Assembly: GCF_009834535.1 (NCBI RefSeq) | Contig: NC_045696.1 | Span: 96,784,001 to 96,848,000 of the forward strand | Direction: 5' to 3' | DNA from: Camelus ferus | Taxonomy: Eukaryota | Length of the DNA: 64,000 nt | Shown: positions 1 to 11,429 of the stretch, in pieces | How positions within the stretch are numbered: position 1 is the stretch's first letter | How the letters are laid out: each line of letters begins with the position of its first letter | Position numbers and translations under genes: made by a program | The notes under the pieces: model-generated | Database searches by the model: none | Seen by the model: only the letters and a program-made list of their open reading frames with translations | Told to the model about the DNA's origin: nothing

Positions 1-245
1 CGAGTGGCCGCCTCGCTCGCCGGACAGCCCGGTGTCGTCAGCTAGTCGGCGGCCCGCGCCTCGCTAGCGCTCAGCCCCCCGCGCCTGCCGCGCCCAGGCC
101 CAGGGACCCGAGCTAGCTTCCCGCCTGAGAGCCTTCTCGCTCCGGCGGCGCGGGCACCGGGAGCGGAGCGTCGGTCGCGGCGGCCCGAGAGGAGGCCAGC
201 GAGTGAGACCGAGGGGTGGCCGGGGCAGGTGGTCGCGCCGCGAAG

Positions 246-329
246 ATGGTCGCCAAGCAGCGGATCCGTATGGCCAACGAGAAGCACAGCAAGAACATCA
301 CCCAGCGCGGCAACGTCGCCAAGACCTCG
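246..329 (+). CDS. SERP1: SERP1 (RAMP4) coding exon 1: MVAKQRIRMANEKHSKNITQRGNVAKTS
   Basis: ATG at 246 in strong Kozak context (AAGATGG); peptide matches the SERP1 N-terminus; GT donor (GTAAGG) at 330. Confidence 0.97.
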
Positions 330-587
330 GTAAGGGACGAGTGGGAGCCCCTCTCGGTTCCGCAGCCGGGTCTAAGGCCCGGGCCCAGGGCCGCGTCGAG
401 CTCTCCTCCCCAGACCCGGGCGGCTCAGGAGCCCGACGCCGCGAGCTGGACGCGAAGCTGGGAGCTCGGGGAGGTGGGAAACTCGGGAACGGTGAGGGGA
501 CCCAGCGACCTGGCCGGGGTGCAGGCGGTGGGAGCCCGGGTCAGAGAGGTTTTTTGCATTAGAAACCGTGGATTTTCCTTTTTGCAG

Positions 588-663
588 AGAAATGCTCCCG
601 AAGAGAAGGCGTCTGTAGGACCCTGGTTATTGGCTCTCTTCATTTTTGTTGTTTGTGGTTCTG
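588..663 (+). CDS. SERP1: SERP1 coding exon 2: RNAPEEKASVGPWLLALFIFVVCGS(A), containing most of the tail-anchor TM helix
   Basis: Polypyrimidine tract and CAG acceptor ending at 587; 76-nt exon; GTAAGT donor at 664. Confidence 0.97.
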
Positions 664-713
664 GTAAGTGTTTTGGGGGCGACCATCGGGTAGGGTATTG
701 GGTGACGGGGTTG

Positions 714-737
714 GATGACGTGGTGACCCATCAATGG
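714..737. promoter_or_regulatory. UPRE (GATGACGTGG) overlapping an ERSE-like element (minus strand CCATT-N9-CCACG) in SERP1 intron 2
   Basis: TGACGTGG at 716-723; CGTGG(719-723)-9 nt-AATGG(733-737); reverse CCAAT box ATTGG at 697-701. Function is inferred. Confidence 0.55.
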
Positions 738-1864
738 TGAATTCTACCCGCGTCTTCTCAACCCACCTGCCGGGAGCTCCGCATAATTCTATTTCATCTG
801 AACCAAATTACTCGTCCCACATATGCACAGAGGGTGGTGCTCTAGAAACTTCTCCCAGCTGGATTTGAGCTCACAGGAGAGCAGAAAAAGGAGGTCAGGT
901 CTTTAGTAATGGTCAAGTTGAAAGAAATTTAGACCAAAACAAAAATATGTCTAGGAATGAGAATGTAGAATATTTTGCAACGTTTGTAAAAGAGAAGCCT
1001 ATGAACATTATGTACATATGGATGTTTGAACCTAATTTAACATGTTCCAGAATGTAATGTCTTTATGTCAAAACTGTGTATATTTTATAAAGTAAAGCTA
1101 CTGTGAAGAATTGATTTACTATAGAGGAAGTGTACCTTGTTGGCAATTTAATGTGTGAGACAAATGTTTTTAGTTTAATTAAAGAAGCGTTTGACATATG
1201 GTAGGAAAAATTAGTTACGAGGGCAGACTGCTTTCAGAGTAGTAGACTCTTGCCTCTGCAAGTGGATTACAGAATGCCTTTCCTCTCTTCATTTATCATC
1301 TTAACATGCAAGCTGTTAATACGGAAGTACGTGTTTCTATTTTCCACATTCTGACATTTTAAAGTTACTGAGGTTTCTCTTAAACATTTTATTTTGCCTG
1401 TCTCCTAAACGTTCCAATTGGAAGCTTTCCTGATAAATGGCCAAGAGCCAAGCATTTTATGTAAGCTAAAGATTATTGAATTTCAGCTTTGTTAGAGTGA
1501 GGAAACATGCATATATAACAGGCCAAGTATACTTAATATTTAGGCTTAAACCAAAATAATTATGTGCTAGAAAAACCTGTTTGCTTTGGTGCTTTAGTTT
1601 CTTTCTAAAATGACTACTTACTTTGCTGTCTTAGGCATTTAGGCATAAAATTCAGGGAAACTCAGACAAAAAATAACTTATGGACATTTTGTTGTTCTGT
1701 TAAAGGAGGCCTGTCTTTACTTCGTATTACTATGAAGTTACATAGCATTTGCAAGTAATTGTAAGGGTACTCTTGGGTTTTTGAACTACCTTAATAAATA
1801 TTTGTCAGTTGCTAGGCCTGTTGTATTCAAAGCATGCTTTAATATTTGCTCTTTCTCTTTACAG

Positions 1865-1905
1865 CAATTTTCCAGATTATTCAAAGTATCAGGATGGGCA
1901 TGTGA
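1865..1905 (+). CDS. SERP1: SERP1 coding exon 3: (A)IFQIIQSIRMGM-stop
   Basis: Acceptor ctctttctctttacag ending at 1864; TGA at 1903-1905; exons total 84+76+41=201 nt = 66 aa plus stop. Confidence 0.97.
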
Positions 1906-2116
1906 AGTGACTGACCTTAAGATGTTTCCATTCTCCTGTGAATTTTAACTTGAACTCATTCCTGATGTTTGATACCCTGGTTAAAAACAATTCAGTAAAG
2001 CATCCTGCCTCAGAATGACTTTTCATATCATCCTTCATGTGTCATTCCAAGGTTTCTTCACAAGTCATTCCAAGTTTTCTAGTCCATACCACAGTGCCTT
2101 GCAAAAGCACCACACG

Positions 2117-2130
2117 AATAAAGCAATAAA
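2117..2130 (+). terminator. Tandem proximal polyadenylation signals of SERP1
   Basis: AATAAA at 2117-2122 and 2125-2130. Confidence 0.7.
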
Positions 2131-3839
2131 ATTTGATTGTTAAGCTACAGTAGTGGGCCCTACTTATTCAGTCAGTAAAGAGTAAGTCTTTAAAATGTGG
2201 TTATTAGAGAACAATATAGATAATTAGACTAAATTTGTGTAGACAAGGCCTAGATTTTATTAACCCTAATGTGTAGATGCAATTAGCTTAATTTAAAATT
2301 TGGAATCTTACAGTTTTTATATAGCTAGGCACTTTATTACTATCTCTTGAATTGAAAGCACACTCCCGTATAGGGTCATGTAACTGTCCTGTAATAAGGT
2401 GCTTATAAATGGAACAACTACACAGTTTAGCCTAGTTTTCCCACAATCTTTAGCACCTAAAATGTTTTAAAAAGCTTCTAAATGCCTATATAAAGGGAGA
2501 TGCTTATAGCCACAACGTCTGTTTTAACAATATTATTTCTATTACACTACCTTGGATTTTGCATGAGCGAATATACTAACCTAAGATGCTATAAGAAAAC
2601 TTGGTTGAGCATTTTGTAACTTAGTCACTTCAGTTTCACTAAAAGCAACCATGGTGGAGTAAAGTCAGGGAAAGTTCGTTTATGTCACCGTTGGTTTCAC
2701 CAGAATTACTTTAATATATCAAAGGGGTCTATTATGCCGGACAACATTTTAGGGAAAAATACTACTAAAAACGGATGCCTCACCTGGATATACTGTTGAG
2801 TCCAACGTGCCATAACACATCTTAGCAGGTTAATAGCACTTTTAACACCAAAAAAAGGCACATCAACTAAAAAGTTACACTTAGTTTGGAAATGCTCTTT
2901 CTTGATCTATGATTAAAATTTTGTTAGGGTACTAGATGCATAAAAGTGTCATGTGAAATTAAATGGATTTACTGATAAGGGTCAGTCTTTAGTCTTCTGT
3001 ATGATTTTATAGGTTATGATTGATCAGACTTCTTTTTACTAATGGTAAGGGTGAGTGATAAGGCAGGTTTTTTTTTGTTTTGTTTTGTTTTTTGACTTTC
3101 TGGTACTGTTGAAAGTTGTAAGTATTGGCTATTTAAATACTCAGCCATAACTTGAAAAAAGCCTGAGAGGTGTCTATGTGTTAATGAATTGGAAAGAAAG
3201 CTGCTTGCTTTGTTAATTGCCTCAGGATATCTCTTTAAAATAAGCTGTTTTAAGAGAAACAGATGGGAAATCTGCTACCTAGTCTATACACAGCGTGAAC
3301 CTCAGAGCTTCTGATACCCCTAAGTATGGGAGGAAGTGAGTGAGAGGAGTGGTTAAGGACGTTTCGGAACTTGACTGCTCGGGAATAGGAATCAGCTGAC
3401 CTTGGCCAGTAGGTTTTTATCTGCATTGTCACCTGCCTTTCTCACCCAGGAAATCAATACCTGCACTTGTTTCCCTCTTCAAAACAAGTGTCTTGGTTAA
3501 CTAATTTTATTTTATTGTAACTTTAAAAGTGAAAGTTACTGTTCTAAATTCATAGCAGGTGCCTTATTCTTTGCTTTGAGTCAAATCATTCCATGTCAGA
3601 ATTTCCCTTGATTTACTTAGATAATTGGCTTTAAGGTGTGGGGGTTTTTTTTTCTTTTTAAATGTACAGTGTTTTAATTTGACTGTTAAATTGTTATAGT
3701 GAGCAATCATTTTACAGATGTAAAGTTGCATTCCCTTTGTATTCTTGTGTAATTACCAATTGAGTGCATTTTCTATTAAGGATGGATTATGCATGTTTGG
3801 GTCAATGAAAGCTATGTCTTATTTGATTTATCCTTTAAA

Positions 3840-3845
3840 AATAAA
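3840..3845 (+). terminator. Distal polyadenylation signal (long SERP1 3' UTR, about 1.95 kb)
   Basis: AATAAA at the end of a repeat-free, AU-rich UTR-like stretch, with a T-rich tract downstream. Confidence 0.65.
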
Positions 3846-5709
3846 GTTCCCTGAATATTTGATGCCTTCTAAAAGAAAATGACTTTATAGGGTTCTTATC
3901 TGAGTATACTTTTTTTTATAGTTAATAGAAAATGATTTTAAAGAACGCCTGGTATTATGTTGTACTTGAGTTAAAATAGTACCCAGAGGCACAGATGTAA
4001 GGTTTATAACTAGGATTAGGTAGCAAGAAAAATACATAAAAGCACAATGAATTAAATACTTCCCCGCCTAGGATTTATCCTCATCTCATTGTTTGAATCT
4101 GGTTCAAGGAAAAAGCACAGTTTTTTAAATCTCCTTTTCCCAATTGAATTTTATATATCATCTAATGTTGAATACAGTGTGAGAATAAATATTTTTTGTT
4201 GGGGTTGTCTACATTATCCAATTACTCTTTGTACTTTAGCTATAATGGGTTGAAGGAATTGTTAATGATTTCATTGTATCTATTGGGTTGTATATAATGT
4301 TGCTCAGAATAATTGAGTGGGCTTCCAAAATAAGTGAAGATTTTCATTGTAAAAGGATGCATTGTAATGGGCTTTGATTTACATTAAAGAAACATATATA
4401 TTCACCTGCAGGGCCATGGTTCTTCTCACTAAGGTTCCTGGAGTTTGGTTGGCACAAAGGACTAACTACCATGTAGCACTGGATTATGTTCTTGGGAGGC
4501 TCATCGACAAAATTTTAGCATCTGTAAAATTTAGGACATCATCAAAGTTTCCACTTAGAAATTGTTCTGAAGTTTGATTTACCTTTACCTACCTTTATAG
4601 TTTTTTTCTTTAACTTGTCATTTTAGATGCAAACCACAACTTCAAGAGGCAGGAATTGGGTTCAGCAAATTCTGCAACCCTCCCTCAGAGAATCCTTCCC
4701 TGTCTAAATACAGGCCCACTCTAGCTGCTTGTACTTTCTTCGAGTTATGTTAGGACAAAAATGTCCTAATTTGGAAAGAGTGGTAATGAACAATAAAAGG
4801 CTAGGCTTCAAGCTGAAGAGACAAATTCAACTGTCTGGACTTAGTTCAAAGTAAATTCTGATACATCACAGAATCATAAAGATAGAAATGACATGGGAAA
4901 TGTAGTCCAACTGCCTCAATATACAGATAAGTTAAAAAAATCCATTTATTCAATTAAGATTAAGTACCATGTGCCACACCTAGAGAGAGAGCTGTGACTA
5001 CAAAGTCGCAGCACATGTGTTTTTCAGTCCAGGAGTGAGGAAAAACAATAAAAGGAAAAACGGCCTTAATTGTGACAGGTATTTCAAAGGAAAAGTAAAA
5101 CCAGATCAATGGTGTCTTTGCCCTCACAGAGCTAGTGGAGGAAGAGCAGAAACCAGAACCAAGGTTTCCTGATCTCTAGAAACCATAGGAGTGATTGCAA
5201 AACATCCACACACAACACTTCTGTTTTCATGAGCTCTTTGCTTCTGCTTTTAGAAATGCTTGGACATTTTCATGTTGCCAATTTAAAGAAGAAAGAAAGA
5301 AAAAATAATTTGTCCTTTTATGGATGCAATTCCTGTTGAAAATGAATTTGTGACATTTATCATTGGCATTTCCTGGACAGTACAAAATTAACAAAGATCA
5401 ATTCAGTAATGTTACTCACTAACATACTCGAGTACATTTGAAAAAATATGTATGTGTGATGTTAAAAAATATTTTTTATGTGCTAGCCTAGTAGTCAAAA
5501 AAATAGTCATGTGCCCTCCACAGATACAACGTTTCGGTGAATAAAGCGTGGGTGACTCTTTCCAGTGTGCAAATTTCTACTTTGGGATGCAGGTAGAATT
5601 AGAACAGATAAGCAAATTTAAATAATTAAAACTATGATTTCAATATCATTGAATGGGTCATTAGTAATAGGTTTTTCTTTTGAGAACATCAGACAGGAGA
5701 ATGAGAATT

Positions 5710-5850
5710 GATTTTAGAGCTAGAAAGAACTTTAGAAATGATCTTGATTAGCCCATTTTATTTACACTAGAAATTATGGCCTAGAGAAGTTATCCTTCCC
5801 ATCTTCCATGAACCAGTGGCAGAGCAAGGATCAGAAGATTGGTCTTGTGA
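5710..5850 (-). mobile_element. MIR-family SINE fragment
   Basis: ttttagagctagaaagaactttagaaatgatc...cccattttatttacac resembles the MIR reverse strand. Confidence 0.55.
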
Positions 5851-6593
5851 TGACCAAAATGGCTCTTTAGTATGCTGAGTGCCAAGAAATGGGTTCTTTA
5901 GGAATGTCTCTTTTTTTTTTTTAACCTTTGGAGATAATATATTAATTTCACTAAGCCCCGTGAGCATTTGATAAAAGGCAAAATCTGAAGATTTGCCAAA
6001 CTTCAGTGGCTTCCCACTGCCACTGAGGTGAATTAACCCCTTTGCTTTTCAGAACATTTTACAACATAGCCTAGCCAATCTTTTCAGCCTTGTCCCCTGC
6101 ATCTTCCTTCCATAGACCTGTTCTAGCCTGAACAGTATACCTTCATTTTTCAGACCCCTTGTGCTTTTTTTGTGTGCTTTTTTTTTTAATGCTTGCTTCC
6201 TTTATTTGTATAATTCACAGTAAAATTCAGATATGGTAACATTCCTTTCATTTATATGGAAAAAGAACAAATACATAATTGACCTTAAATACAGATATAA
6301 AATGGCCACTTGCCCACACACTCTGACTTGAGGGAGGTTATAAAAGCAAAAACAACAAAAAGTGTTAACTGTTGACTTTTGGCTCAAAATTTTTACCATT
6401 TTGAGTACTGTCCTCCCTGGGGTTCTGTTAAAATCATATATACATGAGATGATCATTACATTATCCAAGTTCAAGGTACATGAGATCTATTGTATTACTT
6501 TTATTTTGACTAGTGGAACTGGATAGCATTAAAATAATTTTTAATGATTTTAGAAGAAAGAATGGACTTCAAGAGAAAACTGATCCCCATAAA

Positions 6594-6868
6594 CAGGCAG
6601 ACCTCAGAGATATTGTGGGTTCAGGTTCCAGACCACCACAATAAAGTGAATATCTCAATAAAGCAAGTCATGCAAATTTTTTGATTTCCCAGTGCATATA
6701 AAAGTTACATTTATACTACACTGTAGTCTAGTAAGTGTGCAAAGCATTATGTCTTTAAAAAATGTACATACTGTAATTTAAAAATACTTGCTGTAAAAAA
6801 TGCTAACCATTATCTGACAATGAAGGGTTGCCACAAACCCTCAATTTGTTTGAAAAAAAAAACCTGCC
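6594..6868 (-). mobile_element. Tigger1-derived internally deleted element
   Basis: Starts caggcagacctcagagatattgtgggttcaggttccagaccacc, the reverse complement of the Tigger1 3' end. Confidence 0.8.
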
Positions 6869-6869
6869 T

Positions 6870-7077
6870 AGGCATACCTCACTTTATTGCACTTTCCAGA
6901 GACGGCATTTTTTTTTTTTTTTTAACAAATTAAAGGTTGCAGCAACCCTGTGTTGGCCATCAGCACTGTTTTTCCAGCAGTATTTGCTCACTTCATGTCT
7001 CTATCACATTTTGATAATTCTTGCACTATTTCAAACATTTTCATTATTACTTTATTTGTTATGGTGAGCTGTGATTT
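6870..7077 (+). mobile_element. Tigger1 5' fragment
   Basis: aggcatacctcactttattgcac...aacaaattaaaggttgcagcaaccc matches the Tigger1 5' TIR and left end. Confidence 0.8.
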
Positions 7078-7094
7078 CTTTTTAGCTTTACTAA

Positions 7095-7760
7095 GTAATT
7101 TATTTTTCTTCCAGTTGTATTGAGATATAATTGATATACAGCACTGTGTAAGTTTAAGATGTAGAGCATAATGATTTGACTTACACATATTGAAATGATT
7201 ACCACAATAAGTTTAGTGAAAATCCTTCATCTCATATAGATAAAAAATTAAAGAAATAGGAAAAAAAATTTTTTTCCTTGTGATGATAACTCTTCAGGAT
7301 TTACCCTCTTAACAACTTTCACATATAACATACTGCAATGTTAATTATGTTTATCATGGTGTACATTACATCCCTAGTACTTATCTATCTTATAACTGGA
7401 AGTTTGTACCTTTTGACTGTCTTCATCCAGTTCCGCCTCCCCCCACTACCACTACTCCCTCAGATCGGATCTCTTTTTCTATGAGTTGGTTTGTTTTTGA
7501 AGTGTAATTGACCTATAACACTATGTTATTTCCTGGTACACAGCATAGAAATGCAATATTTCTATACATTTCAAAATGATCACCATGTTAAGTCTAGTTA
7601 TACTCTGTCACCATACAAAGACATTACATAATTATTGACTATATTCCCCACGGTGTACATTTCACACCCATGACTCATTTATTTTGCAACTGGAATTTTG
7701 TACCCCTTAATCTCCCTCACCTATCTCCTCCATCCACCCCCTTCCCCTCCGGCAAAGCCT
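7095..7760 (-). mobile_element. L1 3' UTR fragment (L1MA-like)
   Basis: attgagatataattgatatacagcactgtgtaagtttaag is a typical antisense L1 3' end; two similar 3' UTR units occur in tandem. Confidence 0.75.
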
Positions 7761-9224
7761 CTTTGTCCTCTTGATACCTTGTGCTGTAAGTGTTTCTGTT
7801 CATGTTTTCCCTACATGACAATACTACCTAGCCTTCAAAGTCTAGCTTAAATTTCACTTCCTCTGTGACGTTTTCCCTTGCTGTCCGAATCCAAAACCCT
7901 CTCTTTGAGACTGATGACTCTGGGCCAGTTATCATATGTGATGTTTTCATATTTCTCAGTTTTGTTTCTTAGTTTTTCAGCTAGTATATGAAATCCTTAA
8001 GAATCATATCTTTCTTTTTCATTCTTTTTTCGTCTACTCTCACCACCCCCAAGGCTAATATGAAACTTTACACACATGGGGGAGCTCAACATTTTAACTG
8101 AGTAATCAAGTGAAAAAGAGCTACATTTCAGAATAATCTTTACAGTTAGAATGTGTCTTGTAAGATTGTCTACCACTGGTATAACAGTCATCCCAACTAC
8201 TTCCAAACCTCGCTTTAGAATTCAGACCACCCCAGGAACAAACTCTTCCAAGACAGGCTTGATATTTGGAAATATATCAACCGTCATATTTGTCCTTCAG
8301 TTCCATATGAGAACCGTTCATAATGATCGTAACTGAGAAAACCAAAAAGTGCTTCACAAAGAAAGCTGACACCTCACCACACCAGTCTATCCGGTTATAA
8401 GGAAAGATTCAAACCACCAGGCTTGCTGTTTGGAACAGGTGCCTATGGGCTGTCAGCTGCTCTTTGTCCCCACGACTATCCTAGGGCACAGGAAGGGGCA
8501 AGTATGCCACACTAATTTGCCCTTCTCCACACCAGACTGCGGACCCAGAATGGCTCTGTGCCCCTCAAGCTGGGTCCAGATCCTCTCTTCACAGAGGAAT
8601 TCCCCACAGCAAGGCCTCACCACCTTGTTTAACATTTAGGATGTGGGCTGCTTACCAAACTAGATCCCATACGTTGGGCAGAGGAGACTCCCAAGGCCCC
8701 TCTGGGTAAATGCTGTTCATGCTGCGGCACAGAGCTCCTGAGGAACGCTTAGCTCTTGTCCCCCAGGAGCGCCAGGGGACTGGGGTGAAGCACGAAGGCA
8801 CTAAGAGTTTGTTTTCTATTTGAAGCACTGGGCACCAATGAATAAACAACGGTATAATCCAAGGTGCAAATGCAGATGCACCTGAGACAGACTGTAATTT
8901 CCAACAAAGCCCAAATCATAAAGATAAACACCGGGAGCACCCAAGCATGTTTCCGCCTAGCTCCAGCCTTGGTTCCCTGCGCACAGTGTACAGGTTAATT
9001 ACAAATAGATTACACGAAGAAGGAAGGTGTCACAGAGAATGAAAACACGAAATCTGAAAGTCGTTTCTGCTTGATTGAGAACAGCATTAGGATTTTTTTC
9101 AAGGCAAGATCCTTTTCTTTTACTAAACATTACGTTAAAGTCCATCTGCACTGCCAAGTCCAGTCAGGGAAAGCAGACCCAGGGAGTTCAACACCCAGCC
9201 TGTGTCAGTGGTCTGCCTCCCATT

Positions 9225-9365
9225 ACTCAGAGTGTGGCCAGGGGACCAACAGTACCCTGGAAGCCTGTTAGGGATGCAGAATCTCAGGCCTCATCCAAAG
9301 CCCATTGAGTCATACTTTTCCCAGGATTCCCAAGTGATTTGTATGCAAATTAAACTTTGAGAAAT
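9225..9365. mobile_element. MER5A-like hAT-Charlie MITE
   Basis: gatgcagaatctcaggcc...caggattcccaagtgatttgtatgca...tttgagaa. Confidence 0.65.
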
Positions 9366-10204
9366 GTTGAAGAGGGTTAGGAGTTCCAAGGCCTTAAATT
9401 CTCCTGTGTCTTTGAGCTTGAGCTTCTTTGCCTTAGGAAAAGGAAACGCTTACCCTCCTGCAACTGTTATGAAACCTAATGATGGTAAAAGCACTTTGAA
9501 AAGTTAAAAATACTCTATGCAAATAACATTCCACCACCTCTGTGAATTGCAGAAACAGATCTCTGATAGGGGAAGGGGCCCTCCTCACTGAGAACAAAAA
9601 GGAAGGTAGCCTCCACATTTGACTTGGCAGGAAGTCCCTGGCTATTTTAGGATCACTTGCTGCTTATGTATCTTGAACTATAAGTTTACCTTTCCAAAGT
9701 TTTGCCTTCTGAATGGCTTCTACAAAACTTGTAGGGCTGTAACTAATGTGAGTTTTTACACGGTTTCCCTGTAGAGATGTATATAGAATTTCTCTTGTCT
9801 AGAAGTGAAAATTTCTGGGCATGTGGTATGTGCATCTCCAAATGTATTAAGTATGGTGAAATCATTATCCAAAAAGGTTTGTCAAAAAAGTAAACTTACA
9901 TCAGCAATGTCTAAGAGTTCCTATATCCTCAAGTGCTCACTGAAATTTCATTTTATCAGACATTAACTGTTGCCCTTCTGATAAAGTTGTCTCAGTGTTG
10001 TTTTTCCTAATTTGCATATCTCTGATTCCTAGCAAGGTTGAGCAACTTTTCAAATGCTGGCTCTAAAGCCTGGGTTTGCATCTAATTTTTGTCACTTTGT
10101 ATTTTTGTGACCTTGGGCAATCTGTTTAAGAATAAGTTTTCTCAACTATAAAATGAAATTAAATGAGCTAATGCATGTAAAGCACATAGAAAAGAGACTG
10201 GCAT

Positions 10205-10820
10205 TGAGACAGAAGGGAAGTGGGCAGGGCATAACCGTGAAAAGAATGACACAGTAATTAGCACCAAGATGGTGGAAGATTCAACTACTAGTAGAACTTG
10301 AACTTCAATATACACTCACTGAAATACAACAGCATGCTAAATGGTACTTTCACAGGTGCCATGAGAGTTTTAAGGCTCACCATAAGAGGTCAAAGGGTGA
10401 GTGATGTCCCAGTTCCTGGGAATCCCGGCCCCTTCCCCAAACTAGTTGGAATAATCCTCCCACTTGTTAGCATATTAAGTTACCAAACCCATAAAAACTG
10501 ACAACCCCCACAGCTCTTGGCCACTGTCCCATCTGAGTGAGAGACGGCCTGCACTGTCTATGGAGTGTGTATCTACTTTTACTTTAAACTAAGCACCCAA
10601 CCCTGTACCTCGTGGACTTTCTCTTGCCTTCTGAAAAAGCCTGCACTCTGTTTATGGAGTATGTATCTCTCTGAATAAATCTGCCTTTACTCATTTGTAG
10701 CTTGCTCTTGAATTCTTTCCTGCATGAAGCCAAGGACCCACAATTGGGGGTGCGAATCCCAGGGACTCAGCTGAAACCTGGGGCATAGCCATCCTCTCGC
10801 CCCATATTTTTCCTGTGTCA
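10205..10820 (+). mobile_element. Solo ERV1-class LTR (616 bp) inserted into a MIR
   Basis: TG...CA termini, 4-bp TSD GCAT (10201-10204 and 10821-10824), internal AATAAA near 10674; MIR sequence flanks both sides. Confidence 0.85.
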
Positions 10821-11429
10821 GCATAATAAGATGCCCCAGATTCTCCTGAGATATTTCCTTCCCTGGATATGGAATTGGCTGTTTTCTCAAGGAGCTGTTG
10901 TTCTTTTTACCAGAATATATTCTTTAGAGATCACAACTTAAACTCTATGGACACTCATTGCTGCTAAGATTTTTAGTGAACAAAGCTAGAAAATATGCAT
11001 TTTTAAAAGAAAATACAACATGAATTTATATTGATATTTCCAATTCAAATTTAAGATTACAGGTTTTCACTTATTTCTTGAATTTTATATTTGTATTCTT
11101 TCTTTCTTAAATTGAAAACCTTGGCTCCTAAGAACATTTATGTAGTTACTTAGTTGCTTTATCCTACTAAATATACAATTGTTTCAAATACAATAACAAT
11201 TTTATTAACAATATGATTACTGAAAACAGTTTAAAAAAATTTCTTTGCCGTTCTTTTTGTCCTCCAGCAATATTTCATGAGGGATACAGAGTCAAGTTAC
11301 TGACTATAAATCACCTGAAATTTCTCTCTGTACTTAGGCCACTAATTTATCAGAGTTAGTTTCATTTGTTCCATCTGATTTTTTTTTATTGAGTGTTACA
11401 TTTAATTTTGATTTTTAGGATTTTCTTTT

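Larger units (their letters stand above)
1..790. promoter_or_regulatory. CpG island spanning the SERP1 5' UTR, exons 1-2 and intron 1
   Basis: Very GC- and CpG-rich sequence from the window start, switching to AT-rich, CpG-poor sequence after about 790. Confidence 0.9.

Noticed and set aside
42..643. Overlapping ORFs in the CpG island, including minus-strand ORFs as possible EIF2A
   Set aside because: Low-complexity GC-driven ORFs or antisense shadows of SERP1; none resembles the EIF2A N-terminus.
216..740. 174-aa ORF as a single-exon protein or N-terminally extended SERP1
   Set aside because: It is SERP1 exon 1 + intron 1 + exon 2 running into intron 2. The GTG start is non-canonical, and an in-frame TGA at 204 limits any extension.
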